Origin: Deltaproteobacteria bacterium
Lineage (GTDB): Bacteria > Myxococcota > SpSt-1050
Length of the DNA: 64,000 bases
Assembly: GCA_026416535.1 (NCBI GenBank)
Contig: JAOAFA010000087.1
Span: 5,438 to 69,437 of the forward strand
Direction of reading: 5' to 3'
Positions 39,194 through 49,295 of this stretch are shown here, piece by piece. The notes under the pieces are model-generated. The model searched no databases, was not told the DNA's origin, and worked only from the letters and a program-made list of their open reading frames with translations. Every line of letters starts with the position of its first letter. The stretch's first letter is position 1. Position numbers and translations under genes: made by a program.

Positions 39194-40936
39194 TTATTGT
39201 ACTCCCTCTCCCCCTGAGTAATATTTGTATTCCTCTGAAATAAGTCTCTTGATATCATCTGCAAATCTCTCGAATGGAACTATCTGTGAGGCCTTTTCTC
39301 TTCTAAGCTTTACCTCTACTCCGCCCTTTTCAATTGATTTTTTAGAGACCGAGACCCTTATTGGTATTCCAATCAAATCTGCATCCTTAAAGAGCACCCC
39401 TGGTCTTTCATCTCTGTCATCAAAAAGGACCTCTACATTAAGACTCAAAAGCTTTTTGTACAGTTCTTCTCCGCGCCTCACAACCTCCTCAGAATCAGTG
39501 CCAATGCACATAAGGTGAACCTCAAATGGTGCAATAGGCATAGGCCAGATAATACCATCCTTGTCATGATATTGCTCTATCGCTGCGGCAGCTGTCCTTC
39601 CAATCCCAATCCCATAGCATCCCATTATCATTGGCTTCTTTTGACCGTCTCTATCCAGAAACTCGGCATTCATTCTTGCAGAGTATTTTGTCCCTAGGTA
39701 AAATATCTGTCCTACTTCTATCCCACGGAATCTCTCATATATCCCCTTTCTACACTGAGGGCAAATTTCGCCAGGTTTTGCAAACCTTATATCATAAAAC
39801 CCCTTAATATCCTTTATATCACGTTCCACATTTACACCTTTTAGGTGCGTATCCGCCTTGTTTGCCCCCACAACTGCACCGCTTAACCCTTTTACTGAGT
39901 AGTCAGCAAATATGTCTATGCCAAGGCCTATAGGACCTGCGAATCCCACAGGTGCCTTTGTGATATCTACGATTTCCTTATCATTTGCTAGTCTTAATTC
40001 ATCACATTTAAGTAAGGCCTTTACTTTTGATTCATTTATATCGAAGTCTCCTCTCACGAGAAATGCATAAGGCTTTCCGTCCGCAATGTACAGAATCGTC
40101 TTAATTAGCCTCGAAGGAATTACATCGAGAAACCTACAGACTTCCTCAACTGTTCTCTTGTTGGGTGTTTCTACTTCAGTATATTTATTCGAGGATTCCA
40201 CACTAGGATTTTCGACAAAGTGACAGGCGGCCATTTCCACGTTTGCTGCATAATCACATTGATTACACGCCAGAATCTCATCCTCTCCCGAGTCAGCGAG
40301 TACCTGAAATTCATGGGACAAAGTTCCTCCAATATTCCCTGTTGCTGCCGAGACGGCTCTAAATTTTAGTCCGCATCTCTTGAAAATCCTTACGTAAGTC
40401 TCGTACATATTCCAGTATTCCCGTTTTGCGTCTTCCTCTGTTGTATGAAATGAGTATGCGTCCTTCATAAGGAATTCTCTCCCCCTCATCAACCCGAATC
40501 TTGGTCTGGCCTCATCCCTAAACTTAGTCTGGATCTGATACAAGTTTTTAGGTAAATCCTTATATGATTTGAGCTCTTGCCTTGCTATGTCAGTAATAAT
40601 CTCTTCATGTGTAGGACCGAGACAAAAATCAGCTCCTTTCCTATCCTTAAATCTTAGGAGCTCAGCCCCGTAATAACTCCACCTCCCAGACTCAATCCAG
40701 AGTTCAGCCGGTAGTACCATTGGCATTAGAAGTTCAATTGCACCAGATTTATTCATTTCCTCTCTTATAATTCCCTCAATCTTTCTTATTGTTCTTAACA
40801 GCATTGGCATATAAGTATAGATCCCTGCTGAAAGTTTTTTTATCATGCCTGATCTCACCATGAGTTGATGTGAAACAACCTGGGCATCAGAAGGAATCTC
40901 TTTATAAGTGTGAAACATGTATTTAGATATCCTCAT
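39194..40936 (-). CDS. proS: Prolyl-tRNA synthetase, bacterial type with editing insertion domain.
   Basis: N-terminus 'MFHTYKEIPSDAQVVSHQLMVRSGMIKKL' plus class II motifs. Confidence 0.95.
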   Translation of the reverse strand: MRISKYMFHTYKEIPSDAQVVSHQLMVRSGMIKKLSAGIYTYMPMLLRTIRKIEGIIREEMNKSGAIELLMPMVLPAELWIESGRWSYYGAELLRFKDRKGADFCLGPTHEEIITDIARQELKSYKDLPKNLYQIQTKFRDEARPRFGLMRGREFLMKDAYSFHTTEEDAKREYWNMYETYVRIFKRCGLKFRAVSAATGNIGGTLSHEFQVLADSGEDEILACNQCDYAANVEMAACHFVENPSVESSNKYTEVETPNKRTVEEVCRFLDVIPSRLIKTILYIADGKPYAFLVRGDFDINESKVKALLKCDELRLANDKEIVDITKAPVGFAGPIGLGIDIFADYSVKGLSGAVVGANKADTHLKGVNVERDIKDIKGFYDIRFAKPGEICPQCRKGIYERFRGIEVGQIFYLGTKYSARMNAEFLDRDGQKKPMIMGCYGIGIGRTAAAAIEQYHDKDGIIWPMPIAPFEVHLMCIGTDSEEVVRRGEELYKKLLSLNVEVLFDDRDERPGVLFKDADLIGIPIRVSVSKKSIEKGGVEVKLRREKASQIVPFERFADDIKRLISEEYKYYSGGEGVQ

Positions 40937-41970
40937 AGACGCTCCTTAAAATAGTAAGGTATTTATCAAAATAAGCAAAATTCATCAACATCAAAATATT
41001 TTTAAAATCAGAATCCACTCGGGTATGTAACTATAGTCCAATTCGCGGTGGCTTAGTTGTTTTTGTTGTGCAAAGACACAGTGTCAAGTCTTTTACGTAT
41101 TAAATTTCTCTTCTATCATAACCTTTCTAATTCTCCCTATCACCACATCTCCACCTCCTTATATCCATTAATCTCCATATCACTACTCAAAACCCCTAAG
41201 CTCCTCTCACCATACTTCTAATCCCTTCACTTACTAAATAAACTAGGCTTTACGACAAACAATGAGAAAGCTTTAAAATTAATTCTTGAACATACTTCAA
41301 AGATTAACTCCCAAGAAGGCATAAAGGATTATTTCCACTTTACCTCTTAATGCTCTTACGAAAAAAGAAAGAGAACTTTACTTGAGAAAAGACATCAATA
41401 ATAAAGCTAGCGGATACTAGAAAAGAAAATTAGCCTGTTTTTTAGGGCTCTCCATTTTTGGAGATCGAAAAGAAGAATTACACCCCTCATATTACCTAAC
41501 AAATGAAAAAAGAGATACGAATATTTCCAACAGGTTAATCTGAGATGTGATTTTGAGTTATTCCCATGGTAAAATAAAGGCTTTGTTTTATCTATTTTGC
41601 AGAACGAATAGAAGATATAAAGGAGAAGCATTAAGAACGATGGAACTTCCAGAGAACTTTTTGTCTTTTGAGGCTTTCAAGGATGAAGAGACTAACACCC
41701 CTTCCTCAACCACATTAGTTAGTCTACACGTAGCGGTAGGCAATATAAAATTTCATCAGTTAAAGTTAATCCCTAACTTAAGTGTTGATTGCATTAAAAT
41801 AAATGGGAGTCATAGTCTATAATTTCTATACACACCACCTATGGAGAAAATGTAGTAGAATTCTGTTAGCAATGGTTTTGTATGAATTATTCCTTCATAT
41901 TCAGCAGTAACCGAAAATACTAAAATAAAGAAATTGATTTTATTTTGCAATATGATAAAAAATAAAGTCT

Positions 41971-42513
41971 ATGGGAGAGATTAGGATACCATCTGATGTT
42001 GCATTAATAGTTAGCATCCTTTACACAGACGATCTTATGTTTGAGGCGGCTACAAAAGAATTATACAGAGAATTTGGTAAGGGTATTGTCTTAAATTTTT
42101 CGGCAAAATTTGACTTTACAAATTACTATGATGAAGAGCTTGGAAGTCCGATATTCAGGAGGTTTTGGAGGTCAGAAAGTTTATTTAAGAGAGAGCTGTT
42201 AGCAGAGGTTAAATTAAAGACTAACGACATTGAAAGTAGATTCTCTATACACAATAAAAGAAGGTTTAATCTAGATCCTGGTTTTTTATCTGCCGAAAAC
42301 TTTGTTTTAGCAACAACAAAAAATTACACTCACAGAATCTACTTAAGAGCTGGGATATTTGCTGATTTAACATTGATATATAAAGGGAGGGAATTCAAAC
42401 CTCTAGATTGGACATATCCAGACTATGCTAGTCAAGAGATAAGAGAATTGCTAAAGAGTGAAAGGGAGATATATTTGAAAAGGTTGAGGGAAGGAAGAAA
42501 TGTCTCTCTTTAG
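41971..42513 (+). CDS. Conserved hypothetical protein immediately upstream of yicC.
   Basis: A 180-aa ORF whose stop overlaps the yicC start. No motif I can name with confidence. Confidence 0.45.
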   Translation: MGEIRIPSDVALIVSILYTDDLMFEAATKELYREFGKGIVLNFSAKFDFTNYYDEELGSPIFRRFWRSESLFKRELLAEVKLKTNDIESRFSIHNKRRFNLDPGFLSAENFVLATTKNYTHRIYLRAGIFADLTLIYKGREFKPLDWTYPDYASQEIRELLKSEREIYLKRLREGRNVSL

Positions 42514-43366
42514 TATGACAGGCTATGGTTTTAAAATTACTGAAGATGGGTATATGATAGAAATGCGTTCTCTCAATAGTAAATACTTAGATATAAATGT
42601 CAAAATTCCTCAAGAACTTTATCCATATGAAATAGAATTTCGCAATATTATAAAGGAAAACTTTTTCAGGGGCAGTATAGAACTTAACATATCACACAAG
42701 AATTTAAGCAAGTGTATATTATCCCCTAGACTTAATCATCAATATGCGGCGAAATATGTAAAAATCCTAAATGAGTTAGCATCAATGGGTGGGTGTCAGC
42801 CAGATTGCTCTTCTCTTCTTCAGATAAAGGACATAGTCTATGTGGATACTGACGAGGTGGCTCTAAAGGGTGCTGTTGACAATATAATCCAGACAATTAA
42901 TGATGTTTGTGTCATTGTTAAGGAAATGAGAAAAAAAGAAGGTGAAAGTCTTAAATATGTCCTAAGTGAACATTTAAAAAATATTAATGATATATCTTCA
43001 CAAATTTGTGGTCATGTTGAAAAGCAGAGTGAATTTGTCAGGCAAAATCTGCTAAAAAAATTATCAGAACTTAAAGCCGAATTTGAATTTGATAGTCACA
43101 GACTAAATGAAGAGGTGTTATACTTGATCAGTAGAATGGACATAGCGGAAGAATTAGATAGAGTCAAGAGTCATATAAAACAATTCGAATCATTAATCAA
43201 TCAGGGAGGTCAAATCGGCAGGATATTAGACTTTCTTTGTCAGGAGATGTTAAGGGAATTTAACACTATTGGTTCAAAGTCCACTATGATTGAGATTAAA
43301 AATCTTGTGATTTTGGGTAAGGATATTGTTGAAAAACTTAGAGAGCAGGTTCAGAATATTGAATAA
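42500..43366 (+). CDS. yicC: YicC/YloC-family protein.
   Basis: N-terminal 'MTGYGFKITEDGYMIEMRSLNSKYLDINVKIP' and the C-terminal DUF1732 'EMLREFNTIGSKS'. Confidence 0.85.
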   Translation: MSLFSMTGYGFKITEDGYMIEMRSLNSKYLDINVKIPQELYPYEIEFRNIIKENFFRGSIELNISHKNLSKCILSPRLNHQYAAKYVKILNELASMGGCQPDCSSLLQIKDIVYVDTDEVALKGAVDNIIQTINDVCVIVKEMRKKEGESLKYVLSEHLKNINDISSQICGHVEKQSEFVRQNLLKKLSELKAEFEFDSHRLNEEVLYLISRMDIAEELDRVKSHIKQFESLINQGGQIGRILDFLCQEMLREFNTIGSKSTMIEIKNLVILGKDIVEKLREQVQNIE

Positions 43367-43425
43367 CTTTTGTATTAAAAACGTATGCTTTTTAAGAAAC
43401 TATTGTTTTTTCTTCATTAGATATA

Positions 43426-44061
43426 ATGAGAGCTATGGCAAATCCTAATAAAAAAGGAAATCTCATAGTATTGTCAGCTGTATCAGGGGCTGGGAAGACA
43501 ACCATTGCAAATCACCTTGTAAAAAGAGACAGGTCTTTTGTTAGATCAGTATCTGTTACCACAAGAAGAAGGCATCCTAATGAAAGAGAAGGTATAGACT
43601 ACTACTTCGTGTCACAAAGAGAATTTGATGACATGATCAAAAATGATATGTTTTTACAATATCAATTGGTTCACTCCCATTATTATGGGACACCAAAAAA
43701 ATACGTAGTTGATAATATATCTAAGGGTAAGAATGTAATCCTTGTAATAGACACCAAAGGTGGATTGAACATCAAAAAGATGTTTGCAGATGCTATTCTA
43801 ATCTTTATTTTACCTCCTTCTCTTCAAGACCTCATAAAAAGACTCAATTTAAGAGGGAGGGAATCTGCTGAAGAGATAGAAAGGAGAATAAAAAATGGAA
43901 AAGAAGAGCTAAGGGACGCCCTAAATTATGACTACATAGTTATAAATGATGATATTGAAAGAGCAATTCAGGATATAATTGCTATTGTCAGAGTTAACAA
44001 TTTGACCACTAAACGAAATAGAGATAAAGTTATTAAGATTATGAAGGAGTATGAGGTATGA
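43426..44061 (+). CDS. gmk: Guanylate kinase.
   Basis: 'LIVLSAVSGAGKTT' P-loop and 'SVSVTTRRRHPNEREGIDYYFVS'. Confidence 0.9.
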   Translation: MRAMANPNKKGNLIVLSAVSGAGKTTIANHLVKRDRSFVRSVSVTTRRRHPNEREGIDYYFVSQREFDDMIKNDMFLQYQLVHSHYYGTPKKYVVDNISKGKNVILVIDTKGGLNIKKMFADAILIFILPPSLQDLIKRLNLRGRESAEEIERRIKNGKEELRDALNYDYIVINDDIERAIQDIIAIVRVNNLTTKRNRDKVIKIMKEYEV

Positions 44062-46919
44062 AAAAATTTATAACCATTCTCTGGTTTATAATTACGACAA
44101 GTGGTGCTCATGCCAACCTTTATGGGTTTCTGGGGGATGAGCCTGAGGAATATTCTTTAAAAGAAATGAAATATTTTAATTGGACAACACTTAACATTGT
44201 GGAAAGATATGTAGATCAAAAGAGAATAAATCCATTTGAGATGTTTAAGGCAGCACTAAGGGGAATTGAGAAGGCTGTACCAGAACTGGTTGTAAAATTT
44301 AACGAGGAGAATTTAGAGATTGAGCTTACAATGGGTGAGAAACGCATAACGAAACGATTAGAAAAGAAACCGACTGTTATCTGGGAGAATACACTGCTAC
44401 TAAGATGGGTATTTGAGTTTGTAGATATGAACGTGAAAGAGAGAAGAAAACTATATGAGGTTGAGTTCAGTGCTATTAACGAGATGCTTTCAGAACTTGA
44501 CCCTCACAGTAATTTCTTAAATGCAAGTCAATGCAACGAGCTCAGAATATCCACTGCAGGGAAATTTGGTGGGTTAGGGATAATAATTCAATCAAAAAAT
44601 GGGTATATAACAGTAGTATCCCCCATTAAAGGAACACCCGCGCACAGGGCCGGGATCAAATCCGGAGATAGGATAATCAGGATTGATGATGAATCTGCAA
44701 TAAATATGACCCTTGATCAAGCCGTAAATCGATTGCGAGGTGAGCCTGGTACGAAGGTCACTATATATATAATAAGAGAAGACTGGCCAGAGCCCAAAAA
44801 AATGGTCTTAACAAGAGAGGAAATCAAGACGAGGAGCATTGATAAAATTTTACTTACCGATGAAAAAACATCTAAGAAGATAGCCTATATAAAAGTAAAT
44901 GGATTTAGTGAAGAGACATACCAAGATGTGAGGAAGGCATTTAATACACTAAAAGAGGATGCACGAGGACAACTTGCCGGATTAATCCTAGATTTAAGGA
45001 ATAATCCTGGAGGTCTTTTGGATGCATCGGTAAAAGTTTCAGATATGTTCTTGAAAAGTGGTGTCATTGTCACAACTAGGGCAAAGGATGGCGAAAAGGA
45101 AGATGAAAAAAATGCGTATGAAGATAGAAGTGATATCGACCTACCGATGGCAGTTTTAATAAATAGGGGTTCTGCCTCTGCTTCAGAGATTGTTGCCGGT
45201 GCTCTAAAAGACAACAATAGGGCTATTATAATAGGCCAGACATCTTTTGGGAAAGGTTCCGTACAAATCTTATTTGATAGATTAGCGTCCAAAGATGAGA
45301 TAGAAAATATGAAGGACTTGAGGCTGACACAACCACTGAAAGACTGTCTTAAATTGACTATAGCTGAGTATATGACACCGCGTGATGTATCAATTCAATC
45401 CATTGGTATAACCCCAGATGTTTACCTGGTTCCTCAGATCGTGCAGAAGTATTCTATGAATATGTATTACTTCCCTCGATATTCCTCCGAAGTAAAGCTT
45501 GAGAAACATTTGGAAAGCTCTAGACCACCAGAAGACAAACCATTTGTAATTCTTCCATATGTGTTGGAAAGGGAATCTCAGGATGAAGAAGAGGATAACG
45601 ATACTTATGAATCTGACATTAAAGAGGATTTTGAGATGCGGTTTGCCAAAGAGATAATCGCAAATACAAAAGGAAACACTAGACTTGACCTTATTGAGAC
45701 GGCAAAAAGACTGAGGGATAAACATTATGTGTTAGAGAGTAAAAAGTTTTTTGATATACTAAAGACCAGAGGTATAGATTTTTCTGAAGGTGAAAGCAAT
45801 TATGCAGATGTGGAGGTAGAGGTTAGTTATAAGCTTATCCACTACAAGAGCCAAAAAGAATCTCCTAAAAAAGAATCGAAAAAGGAAGAGAAAACTGTTG
45901 ATAGAGCAGAAGAGGTAACATCAGGAGTATTAAAGGCAGGGAATGACTATTTCTTTACATTCAAAGCTAAAAACAAATCTACTAAACCAATATATAGGCT
46001 CAGCGGGATAATCGAGTCTCATGACCCTACCTTAAATGGGAAGGAGATTTTCTGGGGCTATATACCAGCGGGCAAAGAGAAGGAATACAACGTCCTTGTC
46101 AAGTTTTCGAAATCGTTCCCAAGGGTAGCGATTCCTTATAGAGTAAGACTCCTTTTATCTGGAAAATATTTGGAAAAGAGTTTTGAGTATGTGGCCAAAG
46201 TGGATTCTCTTTTACAACCCAAATATGTGTTTTCGTATTTAATCCGAGACAATGGAGAAAATTCTAACAAGAATGGAAAAATAGAAAAAGGAGAGACTAT
46301 AACGATCAAAACGGAATTGAAAAACATGGGTGAAGGAGATGTCCAAAACACAAGAATATCTTTGCAAAATCAATCAGGGAAAGTGGTATATCTTAAGGAA
46401 GGACTCTGTAATATCGCCAGTTTAAAAAAAGGCGAAACAGCAGAATGTATAATGCAGTTCATTGTAAGAGAAAAATCAGAATCAGATCTAAAATTTAAAC
46501 TGTTTGTAACAGATGATACTTTTTATGATGAGAGCTCTACATCGCTGAAGATCCCGTTTGGCAAGCCTATGGGCGACAGTGCAAAGGGGACGGTAGACCT
46601 GCCAACAATTAAGATAATATCTGCTCCCGAATTGAAAGTGGTAGAAGACAAAAATGCAGAAATTATCTTTTCGGTATTTAATCTCAAAGGAGGAGAGGAC
46701 ATATATGTAAGATCCAATGAGGACAAGGTATTTTACATTAAAAACTCCTTGTCTAAGTCACAACTCGAAAACATCAAAACATCAGTTCCTCTTAAGGAAG
46801 GCTTCAACAATGTTTATGTGTTCGTAAGAGTAAATGATGATCAATATGTATATAAGAGGGTGGTAATTACTACACCTAAAAAATTTGAACCTAATGATAT
46901 CATTGCCAGTCAGAATTAG
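44058..46919 (+). CDS. S41 C-terminal processing peptidase (Prc/CtpA-like) with a C-terminal extension of about 480 aa of unknown function.
   Basis: PDZ domain ('GGLGIIIQSKNGYITVVSPIKGTPAHRAGIKSGDRIIRID') and S41 catalytic region ('LINRGSASASEIVAGALKD…GQTSFGKGSVQ') occupy the first ~470 aa. Nothing recognisable follows. Confidence 0.8.
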   Translation: MKKFITILWFIITTSGAHANLYGFLGDEPEEYSLKEMKYFNWTTLNIVERYVDQKRINPFEMFKAALRGIEKAVPELVVKFNEENLEIELTMGEKRITKRLEKKPTVIWENTLLLRWVFEFVDMNVKERRKLYEVEFSAINEMLSELDPHSNFLNASQCNELRISTAGKFGGLGIIIQSKNGYITVVSPIKGTPAHRAGIKSGDRIIRIDDESAINMTLDQAVNRLRGEPGTKVTIYIIREDWPEPKKMVLTREEIKTRSIDKILLTDEKTSKKIAYIKVNGFSEETYQDVRKAFNTLKEDARGQLAGLILDLRNNPGGLLDASVKVSDMFLKSGVIVTTRAKDGEKEDEKNAYEDRSDIDLPMAVLINRGSASASEIVAGALKDNNRAIIIGQTSFGKGSVQILFDRLASKDEIENMKDLRLTQPLKDCLKLTIAEYMTPRDVSIQSIGITPDVYLVPQIVQKYSMNMYYFPRYSSEVKLEKHLESSRPPEDKPFVILPYVLERESQDEEEDNDTYESDIKEDFEMRFAKEIIANTKGNTRLDLIETAKRLRDKHYVLESKKFFDILKTRGIDFSEGESNYADVEVEVSYKLIHYKSQKESPKKESKKEEKTVDRAEEVTSGVLKAGNDYFFTFKAKNKSTKPIYRLSGIIESHDPTLNGKEIFWGYIPAGKEKEYNVLVKFSKSFPRVAIPYRVRLLLSGKYLEKSFEYVAKVDSLLQPKYVFSYLIRDNGENSNKNGKIEKGETITIKTELKNMGEGDVQNTRISLQNQSGKVVYLKEGLCNIASLKKGETAECIMQFIVREKSESDLKFKLFVTDDTFYDESSTSLKIPFGKPMGDSAKGTVDLPTIKIISAPELKVVEDKNAEIIFSVFNLKGGEDIYVRSNEDKVFYIKNSLSKSQLENIKTSVPLKEGFNNVYVFVRVNDDQYVYKRVVITTPKKFEPNDIIASQN

Positions 46920-46966
46920 GTAAAAAATATCTTAAATATGGAACAGTATGAATAAAATTCTATACC

Positions 46967-49045
46967 TCAAAAGCTTTTCTTTATAATTAAAAACCTTGCA
47001 GTCGAAATAGGACCTTCATCAGAACTTTTAAATCCGAGCTTCATAGAGCTAATATAAGCAATCCTGTCTTTTATAACCTGGCTTATGAAAAAACCATAGC
47101 CGCCTTCCCCAAATCTATTTTTGAGACCATCGTCAGATGGGGAAAGTAGTGTGATAACATTACCGGGTGACCATGGTGGATCACCTTCTTGTCGCGAAGC
47201 AAACAGGAGCCTGTGATTAGTTGCATCTTGAAAAGCTATATGAGCAAGATTATCGCTGTCGAATGCCAGAGAACAATCAGGTCCTGCAAATTCTTTAATG
47301 CCGGGTGCAACCCCGGAGTAAACTACCTCTATTTTTGGTTGTTCATTGGCAAATCTCTCGATGTATTTCAATTGATTAAGTGTGGCATCATAATAGGCGA
47401 TACCCATTCTACCATCAGGAGAGAATTCTAAGGATGCAAATCTACCTACATCACCAGTGTCATTTCCACTACCATCTTCACCATCTAAGACCTCTATCTG
47501 AATTGTTTCTCCCTCTATTGTAGCGAGTTTCAAATTTCCTCTGTGCCTCTCTGAATCAATAGGTGTTCTATCATAATAGGCTATGTAAATCTTCCCATCA
47601 GTATGAACTTTAACAGAGGGGAACAAACCTACCCCTTCTTCGAGTACATAGGCCATTGTTCCAGCATCTTTTCTACATACAGGTGACTGTGAGTCATCCA
47701 TTACACACTTTTCATCACTGTCACATCCTGAGCCCCCTTTGCATGCCTTTTGATCAGAGGAGAGAGTCCTACATGTAGTCTGATTGTTTTCCACAACACA
47801 TGCATCAGAGGAATTACAAAGCCCGCGACAACTAATCTTTGAAGAATCAATGTCCATTATCTTCCAATCCCCTGAACTTAAAGGAATTTTATTAGACATC
47901 GGCATTGCAAGCTTAAGTTTTGAAATGAGTTTCTCTTCCCCGGCAGGACCATTCTTCTGAAAGTACGCTATATAAGGAAGCCCTGTAGATGAAATTGCGA
48001 TAGATGAGTACATACCAACATTCGCGCCATTCCCATCGACTGTATGGGTTGTCCATGCTACACCATCGAAGTATGCGAATTTGAGAGAGCTGCTAGATAC
48101 ATCATAGTAGCTAATCATAATACGTCCTGAAGCGTCCAAACCAATAGATGTATATTTGCCACTGTCCGGGCCCGAATCCTTAATTCCCTTTCTTATTCCT
48201 TCTGGATTGCCGGCCAACTGACCTTGTGAAGGAACTCCATCAATAAACTGTACACTCTTCGGATCGTATTCACCCAATGGTCCATTACCATTGTTGTCAA
48301 AAACGAATTTCACTAATACAAGATCTCCATAGGTTTTGTTATATGCACTTGCAATAAATTCATTGGACTTTGTCATAGCAAGCCTTGAGTAATAACCTAC
48401 GTCGCCAACTGGTAGATCTGGTAGGGTTTTGCACTCGCATTTTATTTCTTTACATGTGCTAAAAGTTGAATTCTCTGGTGGATCAGCAAACATAAGAAGT
48501 TCTCCATGTTTACAAGAAACTTTGCAGGATGGGACATCAGGTGCAGGAACACACTTATCTGTTTCAGCAAGACATACCTCCTTTTCACCACACTTACCAT
48601 TACATGGCAGCCTCTTCATACAAAATGTGTTCATACAAAACATCCCTTCGGGACACTCATTATTCTTTCCACACTTTTTATAATGACAATATTGACCATT
48701 TGAATCGCACTCCATCCCATCAATTACGCAATCACCCCCTGAACATTCTAAGAATGAATCGACACATGCTCTTCTAGAACATATCTGACCAGGATTACAA
48801 TCCGAATCAGTCTGACATCTTATTGGCTTACATATACCACACATGAGTTCTTGACCCCTTGGACACACATTAGGATTTGTATCGGTGATCACATCGCCTA
48901 ATACGTCTTCAGTTTGTGCATCTAAATTTATTTTGGCATCGGGTCTAGATCCTATATCTCCAGTAGCTGAGTCTCCACATTCACAATCAAGTAGAGAAAG
49001 TGAAATTAACCCTATAATTAATAAAAGTATTGTGGGTCTATTCAT
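46967..49045 (-). CDS. Secreted cysteine-rich protein (possible lipoprotein) with C-terminal beta-propeller-like repeats. Start taken at MNRPTILL, which has a GGGAGG ribosome-binding site.
   Basis: After the signal sequence, residues ~25-230 contain more than 40 Cys residues in C-x(2-6)-C arrays. The rest carries repeated '…G…IAYYD/ISYYD/IAYFQ' units. Confidence 0.6.
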   Translation of the reverse strand: MNRPTILLLIIGLISLSLLDCECGDSATGDIGSRPDAKINLDAQTEDVLGDVITDTNPNVCPRGQELMCGICKPIRCQTDSDCNPGQICSRRACVDSFLECSGGDCVIDGMECDSNGQYCHYKKCGKNNECPEGMFCMNTFCMKRLPCNGKCGEKEVCLAETDKCVPAPDVPSCKVSCKHGELLMFADPPENSTFSTCKEIKCECKTLPDLPVGDVGYYSRLAMTKSNEFIASAYNKTYGDLVLVKFVFDNNGNGPLGEYDPKSVQFIDGVPSQGQLAGNPEGIRKGIKDSGPDSGKYTSIGLDASGRIMISYYDVSSSSLKFAYFDGVAWTTHTVDGNGANVGMYSSIAISSTGLPYIAYFQKNGPAGEEKLISKLKLAMPMSNKIPLSSGDWKIMDIDSSKISCRGLCNSSDACVVENNQTTCRTLSSDQKACKGGSGCDSDEKCVMDDSQSPVCRKDAGTMAYVLEEGVGLFPSVKVHTDGKIYIAYYDRTPIDSERHRGNLKLATIEGETIQIEVLDGEDGSGNDTGDVGRFASLEFSPDGRMGIAYYDATLNQLKYIERFANEQPKIEVVYSGVAPGIKEFAGPDCSLAFDSDNLAHIAFQDATNHRLLFASRQEGDPPWSPGNVITLLSPSDDGLKNRFGEGGYGFFISQVIKDRIAYISSMKLGFKSSDEGPISTARFLIIKKSF

Positions 49046-49295
49046 ACTGAAAACCTCCCAATAAAACTGATTATACTTCATCGGGTATGAAAATTCAAAC
49101 ATCTTTTTGTTGGAATCGCGTTTTTAGAGGCATTTAAATTTAAATGTGAAACACTACCACTCAAAAATGCCCTAATAGGAGTACGGATTAACTCTTATTT
49201 CTCCTCCTCCTAATTAAAGGGTTCATGTTTTTTATATTTGACGCACACAATTGTTGCTGTTAATATCCTAAGAAATCCTCAAGGAGGTTTCTTTA

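Noticed and set aside
40937-41100. T-box leader for proS.
   Set aside because: The only T-box-like word (aagccaccgcg) does not match the AAUUAGGGUGGNACCGCG consensus. No specifier-loop or antiterminator structure is recognisable.
41221-41290. Possible tmRNA tag region (ggctttacgacaaacaatgagaaagctttaa).
   Set aside because: No tRNA-like acceptor or T-arm (GGTTCGAnTCC…CCA) is seen anywhere in the region, and the reading frame does not give an …ALAA-type tag.
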